Source: Succinatimonas sp. CAG:777
GTDB lineage: Bacteria; Bacillota; Clostridia; Lachnospirales; Lachnospiraceae
Assembly (NCBI GenBank): GCA_963650995.1
Contig: CAVJMS010000004.1
Location: 20,485-84,484 of the forward strand
DNA length: 64,000 nucleotides
Direction: 5' to 3'
Shown here piece by piece: positions 58,176 through 64,000 of this stretch (position 1 is the stretch's first letter; every line of letters begins with the position of its first letter). The translations under genes and the position numbers were made by a program. Under the pieces are notes generated by a model, which was not told the DNA's origin, made no database searches, and saw only the letters and a program-made list of their open reading frames with translations.

Positions 58176-59333
58176 TTGAGAAGAGAAAGAGGGCTGTGGA
58201 TCACGGGCCTGGTCATGATGCTTCTGATGGGTTGCAGTTCGGCGACGCCGCCGGCAGCGAGGGAAGCGTCATCGGAGGCAGCCGGAGAATTGGACGGATC
58301 GGAAGCATCCGGGGCATGGAATAAAAGCACCGGTACATCCGAAGCCTCCGCTTCATCCGGGCTCTCGCTGGATCATTTTCTGAGCGGCCGGGAGAAGGAA
58401 GGCATCGTGCCTGAGTATGTATTTACGTATGCCGAGAATCAGACGGGAGACTATCCGACGACACAGGCGGCACGCCGTTTTGCAAAGCTTGTCAATGAAC
58501 AGACCGACGGCCGCATCGAAATTCGGGTCTATCCGAACGCAGAGCTGGGGGATGAGCTGTCGGCGGCACAGCAGCTTTCGTTCGGCGGCATTGATTTCTG
58601 CCGGGCTGCGCTCTCCAGTCTGACGGACTACAGTGCGGAATCCATCGTGCTGCAGATGCCGTACCTCTATAAGGACAGCGAGCATATGTGGCGTGTCCTG
58701 GACGGCAGTATTGGTGACCGGGTCAAGGCGAGCTTTCAAGGCTCCGGCCTCGTGCCGCTTGCGTGGCTGGATGCCGGTGTCCGGAATTTTTATACCGTGG
58801 ATGCGCCCATTGAGAAGCTGGACGATATGAAGGGTCTTAAAATCCGTGTGCAGCAGTCCAGCCTCGCAGCCGATATGGTACAGTGCCTGGGCGCGGTTTC
58901 GGTGCCCATCATCTATGATGCGGTGAAGGAGGCCCTGCAGACCGGAGAGATTGACGGTGCGGAAAACAACTGGCCGTCCTACGAAACCATGCAGCATAAT
59001 GACATTGCCCGCTATTTTACGCTGGATGAGCATATGCGTGTGCCGGAGCTCTTTCTGATCAGCCAGACCACCTGGGATCAGCTGACGGAGGAGGACCGGC
59101 AGATCATTCAGAGCTGCGCTTCCGAGGCCGGCCGCTACGAACGGACGCTGTGGACCGAGCGGGAAAGCTCGGCCCGTGAGAAATGTCTTCGGAACGGAAC
59201 CGTGGAGGTGACGCTGTCGGATAAGGAGAAGGCCCGTTTCCGTTCGGCGGTGACGCCGCTGTATCGGAAGTACTGCAGTGAATATACGGAGCTGATCGAC
59301 GAAATCAATGCACTGCGGGATGAAAAAGGCTGA
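58176..59333 (+). CDS. Second TRAP DctP-family binding lipoprotein
   Basis: TTG after GGAGG (alternative ATG 58152); LMGC lipobox, KIRVQ, IDGAENN. Confidence 0.88.
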   Translation: MRRERGLWITGLVMMLLMGCSSATPPAAREASSEAAGELDGSEASGAWNKSTGTSEASASSGLSLDHFLSGREKEGIVPEYVFTYAENQTGDYPTTQAARRFAKLVNEQTDGRIEIRVYPNAELGDELSAAQQLSFGGIDFCRAALSSLTDYSAESIVLQMPYLYKDSEHMWRVLDGSIGDRVKASFQGSGLVPLAWLDAGVRNFYTVDAPIEKLDDMKGLKIRVQQSSLAADMVQCLGAVSVPIIYDAVKEALQTGEIDGAENNWPSYETMQHNDIARYFTLDEHMRVPELFLISQTTWDQLTEEDRQIIQSCASEAGRYERTLWTERESSAREKCLRNGTVEVTLSDKEKARFRSAVTPLYRKYCSEYTELIDEINALRDEKG

Positions 59334-59361
59334 GGAAATGCTTTCATCCGCGTTTTCCTCA
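59331..59361. repeat. REP-like palindrome variant, copy 7
   Basis: TGAGGAAATGC-TTTCATCC-GCGTTTTCCTCA overlapping the stop codon. Confidence 0.55.
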
Positions 59362-59496
59362 TGCCGGGTATGGCTTTTATGAAGAATAATGCTATACTTT
59401 ATAGACCGTCTGCACGGTCGGACGGATGAAAACATTGTAAGTGATTGACGAATGCGGCAGCGTGCCTTGCTGCCCGGCATTTTAGAAGGTGGATCC

Positions 59497-60897
59497 ATGT
59501 ATCAGATACAATTTGACAAGCCGGTGCACGTACATTTCATCGGCATCGGCGGTATTTCCATGAGCGGACTGGCAGAGATTCTGCTTTCCCGGCATTTTCC
59601 GGTTTCCGGCTCGGACAGTCAGAAGTCCGGGCTGACGGATAAGCTTTCTGCGGAGGGAGCGGTCATTCATTATCCGCAGATGGCGGAGAACATTACGGAT
59701 GACATTGATGTTGTGGTATATACGGCAGCTATTCATCCGGACAATCCGGAGTTTCGTGCAGCGCAGGAGAAGAACATTCCGATGCTGACGAGAGCACAGC
59801 TCCTGGGCGAGATCATGCGGAACTATAAGGAGGCGATCAATGTCTCCGGTACTCACGGAAAGACCACCACCACCTCAATGATCACCGAGATTCTGCTGGA
59901 GGCGCATCGGGATCCGACGGTTTCCGTCGGCGGCATGATGAAGGATATCGGCGGCAACATTCGCGTCGGCGGCCGGGATACCTTCGTGGTCGAGGCCTGC
60001 GAGTATACCAATTCATTTCTCAGCTTTTTCCCGACCGTTGAGGTAATCCTGAATGTGGAAGCAGATCATCTGGACTTCTTTAAGGACATTGATGACATCC
60101 GGCACAGCTTCCGGCTGTTTGCAGAGAAGCTTCCGGCAGACGGACTTCTGGTGATCAACCGGGACATCCAGCATTGTGAATATTTCACGGAAGAACTGAA
60201 GTGCCGTGTGGTGACCTTCGGACATGAGAAGGATGCGGATTATACAGCAAACTTTATAAGCTATGACAAGTTTGCGCATCCGAGCTATACGCTGTTCTAT
60301 AAGGGAGAGGAGCTTGCACGGGTGGAGCTTGGCGTCACCGGCGAGCATAATATTTACAATTCCCTGGCGGCCATCGCCGTCGGTCGGGCACTCAATGTTC
60401 CGATGGAGGCCATTCTCCGCGGCCTGAAGCGCTTCAGCGGAACGGACCGGCGCTTCCAGAAGAAGGGAACGGTGCATGGCTTTACGATCATTGATGATTA
60501 TGCACATCATCCGCAGGAAATTGCAGCCACCATTGAGACTGCAAAGAAATATCCGCACCGGAAGCTTTGGGTGGCCTTCCAGCCGCATACCTACAGCCGT
60601 ACGGCGGCGCTGCTGGATGATTTTGCAGGCGCACTGAGTCAGGCGGATGAAATCGTACTGGCAGATATCTATGCCGCCCGCGAGAAAAATACCATCGGCA
60701 TCAGCTCGGAGGATCTTCGCCGCCATATGCTGGAGCAGAATACGAACGTATACTATATTCCGTCCTTTAAGGAGATCGAGGATTTCCTGCTTCGGCAGGT
60801 ACAGGAGGGCGATCTTCTGATCACCATGGGCGCCGGCGACATTTATAAGGTTGGAGATGACCTTCTGAAGCTGCCGGGTGCTGTGAAAGAAGACTGA
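59497..60897 (+). CDS. murC: UDP-N-acetylmuramate--L-alanine ligase
   Basis: HFIGIGGISMSGLA, GTHGKTTT, EACE, DDYAHHP, FQPHTYSRT, MGAGD. Confidence 0.97.
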   Translation: MYQIQFDKPVHVHFIGIGGISMSGLAEILLSRHFPVSGSDSQKSGLTDKLSAEGAVIHYPQMAENITDDIDVVVYTAAIHPDNPEFRAAQEKNIPMLTRAQLLGEIMRNYKEAINVSGTHGKTTTTSMITEILLEAHRDPTVSVGGMMKDIGGNIRVGGRDTFVVEACEYTNSFLSFFPTVEVILNVEADHLDFFKDIDDIRHSFRLFAEKLPADGLLVINRDIQHCEYFTEELKCRVVTFGHEKDADYTANFISYDKFAHPSYTLFYKGEELARVELGVTGEHNIYNSLAAIAVGRALNVPMEAILRGLKRFSGTDRRFQKKGTVHGFTIIDDYAHHPQEIAATIETAKKYPHRKLWVAFQPHTYSRTAALLDDFAGALSQADEIVLADIYAAREKNTIGISSEDLRRHMLEQNTNVYYIPSFKEIEDFLLRQVQEGDLLITMGAGDIYKVGDDLLKLPGAVKED

Positions 60898-60926
60898 CGC
60901 TGCAAACTGTCTTCATACTGTTTCGT

Positions 60927-60958
60927 CAAAAGACCATGCCGTACGGCATGGTCTTTTT
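60927..60958 (+). terminator. Intrinsic terminator after murC
   Basis: AAAAGACCATGCC/GGCATGGTCTTTTT. Confidence 0.85.
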
Positions 60959-61097
60959 GAATGCAGAGTCCGGACGTCGGAGAGAAAACCTTCCGGGGCC
61001 TGGTATTCAACACTGTGCCGCAGCGTGATGCGCGATGCAGAGGTGCAAAAACCAAAAAAATTTGATGATTGTTTCACGCGGAAATCCACCGTCCCAC

Positions 61098-61377
61098 GGT
61101 GGATAAGTCCGGATTGTACTTAAAAAATACAATTTACGGATACACTTGACATCGATTTTACGCGCTTTCGGACAGCTTTACAGAATTGTGTGCAATTCAG
61201 AATCGGACGGAAGGTGCTTGACATTTCGTCTGTGAACATTATCCACCGCAATGTGGATAACTTCTGTGGATAAAGTTGTGGATGAGGCCGGTTGAAGCGG
61301 CATTTTCCTTGTGCTAAGATCGAGAAACCGAAGCATTGGGCGTCGGTTCGTACAGCCGGCGGCTGTATTGTGGATAG
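61098..61377. promoter_or_regulatory. DnaA-box cluster and promoter of dnaD-dnaC
   Basis: Perfect TGTGGATAA at 61252 and 61265; single-mismatch boxes at 61098, 61239, 61277, 61369; TTGAAG-17-TAAGAT with extended TG (61292-61320). Confidence 0.8.
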
Positions 61378-61397
61378 ATGGGATTTGGGTACTTGAG

Positions 61398-62204
61398 ATG
61401 GGCACACATATTGTTGATAACCTGGCGGTATATGCAACTTGCATTTCCAATGATTTTCTGGATAAATATCTTGCGACGGCAAACGGAGATTATATCAAGG
61501 TATATCTTCTGATGCTCCGGCATAAGGGAGAGCAGTTTACCGTGACGGATGCGGCCGATGCACTGAATCTGACCGACGGCGATATTGAGCGTGCCGTACG
61601 CTACTGGGAAAAGCAGGGCGTATTCAAGGCCGGTGCGGATGCCCTGGTGCGTGAAGAGGCGGCGGAGAGTTCGGATGCAGAGGACGAGCCGGCCGAGTGC
61701 GTACAGATGGAAGCGCCGGTGAAGGAGACCGGAGCGGAGGAATCCGCCGCACCGACACGGCCGGAGACGGAGACCTTGTCCGGCACCGTCGAGGATGTGA
61801 TGGAGGACGAGGAGTTCGCCGGCATTCTCTTTGTAGCGAAGCATGTGCTTCCGGCGCTTCCGAGCGTGCGGCAGGTGGAGGTACTCCGGTATATGTACCG
61901 GGAGCTTCACATGCAGGCCGATGTGATCGAGTATCTTCTTGAATATTGCGCAAGCATTAAAAAAACGACCAGCAAGTACATGCAGGCCGTGGCTATCAAC
62001 TGGCATGAGCAGGGAATTGTCACATTGAACCAGGCGCGGGGGCTCGTGAAGTCCTTTGAGGAGAAGAAGACGAAGAAAAAGTCCGGAAGCTCCAGAGGCA
62101 ATCGTTTTCTGAATATTGAGAAGTCAACGATCGACTATGACAGCATTGCACAGAAACGTGTGCTGAACAGGATGAAGAATGGCACTCACGAATGCACAGT
62201 ATAA
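61398..62204 (+). CDS. DnaD domain protein
   Basis: ISNDFLDKYL..ANGDYIKVYL; C-terminal YM..VAINWHEQGI DnaD-type motif. Confidence 0.85.
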   Translation: MGTHIVDNLAVYATCISNDFLDKYLATANGDYIKVYLLMLRHKGEQFTVTDAADALNLTDGDIERAVRYWEKQGVFKAGADALVREEAAESSDAEDEPAECVQMEAPVKETGAEESAAPTRPETETLSGTVEDVMEDEEFAGILFVAKHVLPALPSVRQVEVLRYMYRELHMQADVIEYLLEYCASIKKTTSKYMQAVAINWHEQGIVTLNQARGLVKSFEEKKTKKKSGSSRGNRFLNIEKSTIDYDSIAQKRVLNRMKNGTHECTV

Positions 62205-63150
62205 TCAGATTATGCATGTCTACGATGTACGGCAGATGCGGAATGCAGAGCGCCAGGCATCGCGAAAACGGGAAGTATATCAGTGTCTTCCGGAGCTGAG
62301 GGCGCTCGAGAGCTCCCTTCATGCCGAGGCGGCGAAAACCCTGCAGCGGATGCAGGAGGGGCAGAAGGACGAGCTGAAGCAGCTGAAGGAAACCATACGA
62401 AAGATCGGAGAGAAGCGCCGGGCGATTCTCTCGAAGAATGGCTATCCGGAAAATTATCTGGATCCGGTATACAGCTGTCCGGACTGCCGGGATACCGGCT
62501 TTATTCACGGACAGAAGTGCCATTGCTTCCAGAAAATGCAGATGCGCTTCATCTACCAGCAGTCGCATATTGCGGCGATTGTCCGCACCCAGAATTTCGA
62601 GCATTTTGATCTGAACCGCTTTGACAATACGCATCCTGTAGACGGCGCTGGCGGCCGGACCAACCGTCAGTATATGGCGGAGGTGCGGTCCATGCTGCTG
62701 GAGTGGACAGAAAACTTTGACCGGCAGCACGGAAATGTCCTTCTGATGGGGAATCCGGGCACCGGAAAAACCTTTCTCATCAATTGTGTCGCCAAGGCGC
62801 TGATGGACAGCTATCATTCGGTTATTTACCTTACCAGCACCGATCTTTTTGAAACCTTCTCCCGGGGCATGCGGCATGAGGATGCCGAGCAGGAGGAGAC
62901 GGAGGAGGCGATCCTTCAGTCGGACCTTCTGGTGATTGACGATCTGGGCACGGAAATGAACAACAGCTATACCACGTCGCGCCTGTTTTATGTACTGAAT
63001 CAGCGCATGGTGCTGCAGCGCTCCGTGATCATTTCAACGAACCTTAATTTCCGCGCGATGCAGGACCGCTATTCGGACCGCATCGTTTCCCGGCTGATGG
63101 CCGGCTATGACATTATCCCGCTGTACGGCGATGATCAGCGGCTGAGATAG
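62179..63150 (+). CDS. DnaC/DnaI-like helicase loader ATPase
   Basis: CPDCRDTG...CHC Zn site, GNPGTGKT, LLVIDDLGTE, ISTNL, RIVSRL. Confidence 0.9.
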   Translation: MALTNAQYNQIMHVYDVRQMRNAERQASRKREVYQCLPELRALESSLHAEAAKTLQRMQEGQKDELKQLKETIRKIGEKRRAILSKNGYPENYLDPVYSCPDCRDTGFIHGQKCHCFQKMQMRFIYQQSHIAAIVRTQNFEHFDLNRFDNTHPVDGAGGRTNRQYMAEVRSMLLEWTENFDRQHGNVLLMGNPGTGKTFLINCVAKALMDSYHSVIYLTSTDLFETFSRGMRHEDAEQEETEEAILQSDLLVIDDLGTEMNNSYTTSRLFYVLNQRMVLQRSVIISTNLNFRAMQDRYSDRIVSRLMAGYDIIPLYGDDQRLR

Positions 63151-63155
63151 GACCT

Positions 63156-63452
63156 GGCGTATCCGCCGAAACATTGCCATCCGTTCAGAGCCAGCCTCCA
63201 AAATGCTTCGCATTTTGTCGGTACGGCGTATCCGCCGACCGGTGCTTTTCGTTCAGAGCCAGCCTCCAAAATGCTTCGCATTTTGTCGGTACGGCGTATC
63301 CGCCGACCGGTGCTTTTCGTTCAGAGCCAGCCTCCAAAATGCTTCGCATTTTGTCGGTACGGCGTATCCGCCGAATAAAATTTCCAAATCAGCCATGGAA
63401 ATGCAAGCATTTCATGTCTGATTTGTGAAATTTTGCTTGGCTCTGAACGAAA
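63156..63452. repeat. 68-bp tandem repeats ending in a full ~130-bp structured element (copy B)
   Basis: Units start at 63182, 63250, 63318; GGCGTATCCGCC at 63156, 63225, 63293, 63361; closing IR TGGCTCTGAACGAAA. Confidence 0.9.
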
Positions 63453-63529
63453 TATATTGACACTCCGGCGGTTCAGCATATATAAACTAGTTTGGTTTGA
63501 GTTTGGAATGTTTCTAAGGAGGAGAAGAA

Positions 63530-64000
63530 ATGTCAGATTCCAGAACATCAGAGTTTATTGAACGCATCCCGGTTGGGCCGCTGGCACTGATGCCGCTTGA
63601 TTCGATTCTTCCGCTGGGAGAGCGGGTGGATGCGTACCTTTCCAAGTGGCGTACCGTACGTGAGAGCGATCACAAGGAGACCATCGCCTTCAACGGCTAT
63701 CAGAAGGAAAGCTACATTGTCCAGGCGAAGGTATCACGCTTCGGCTCCGGTGAGGCGAAGGCCAACATCCTGGAGACCGTACGCGGCGTCGATCTGTACC
63801 TCATGGTGGATGTCATGAATTATGCACAGACCTACAGCCTGTTCGGACAGATCAATCATATGTCCCCGGATGACCATTACAGCGATCTGAAGCGCGTGAT
63901 TGCAGCCACCACCGGCAAGGCCAAGCGTATCAACGTGATCATGCCGTTCATGTACGAGTCCCGTCAGCATAAGCGCACCGGCCGTGAGTCGTTGGACTGT
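63530..64000 (+). CDS. prs: Ribose-phosphate pyrophosphokinase (3' end outside window)
   Basis: Own translation after AAGGAGG: RFGSGEAK, VRGVDLY, SPDDHYSDLKR, MPFMYESRQHKRTGRESLDC. Confidence 0.92.
   Translation, partial: MSDSRTSEFIERIPVGPLALMPLDSILPLGERVDAYLSKWRTVRESDHKETIAFNGYQKESYIVQAKVSRFGSGEAKANILETVRGVDLYLMVDVMNYAQTYSLFGQINHMSPDDHYSDLKRVIAATTGKAKRINVIMPFMYESRQHKRTGRESLDC

Noticed and set aside
60960..61397. Chromosomal origin oriC
   Set aside because: DnaA boxes are present, but there is no dnaA/dnaN context or clear AT-rich unwinding element; a regulatory cluster is more likely
63182..63374. CRISPR array
   Set aside because: Units are contiguous and identical with no unique spacers, and no cas genes are in the window
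63174..63428. Short repetitive ORFs (84 aa and 72 aa)
   Set aside because: They are translations of the 68-bp repeat; no RBS or protein-like features

Overview
Chromosomal window from a moderately GC-rich Firmicute. RNase Y, DnaD/DnaC-type loader, YesMN-type systems, LrgAB and the gene styles suggest Clostridia, probably Lachnospiraceae (inference). About 53 CDS, mostly on the + strand. Gene content in order: a surface-glycan locus (two polytopic membrane proteins, rfbF-rfbG-rfbH, LicD, GtrB-like GT2); mglBAC with a YesN/YesM pair and two extra binding proteins; BCCT and FNT transporters; a KDG-kinase-like PfkB; lrgAB; purC; an Mre11/Rad50-like pair; ispE-gntR; a TetR-controlled RND operon with two TolC-like proteins; recA-recX; rny; a CBS-DRTGG pyrophosphatase; shikimate kinase; an EF-G/TetM-like GTPase fused to a NYN/YacP nuclease domain; a two-component-controlled TRAP system; murC; dnaD-dnaC; and prs (partial). 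No rRNA, tRNA, CRISPR array, transposase or prophage was recognised. Most interesting signals: (1) two paralogous minus-strand sRNA candidates (about 21.3 kb and 46.2 kb) with anti-start-codon and anti-SD sequences and the same 11-bp-repeat promoter architecture, reminiscent of streptococcal csRNAs; (2) the translational GTPase-NYN fusion; (3) a ~130-bp four-way-junction element present twice, once tandemly amplified; (4) a ~30-bp REP-like palindrome in up to seven copies; (5) a DnaA-box cluster in front of dnaD-dnaC. All calls come from reading the sequence by eye; no searches were run.
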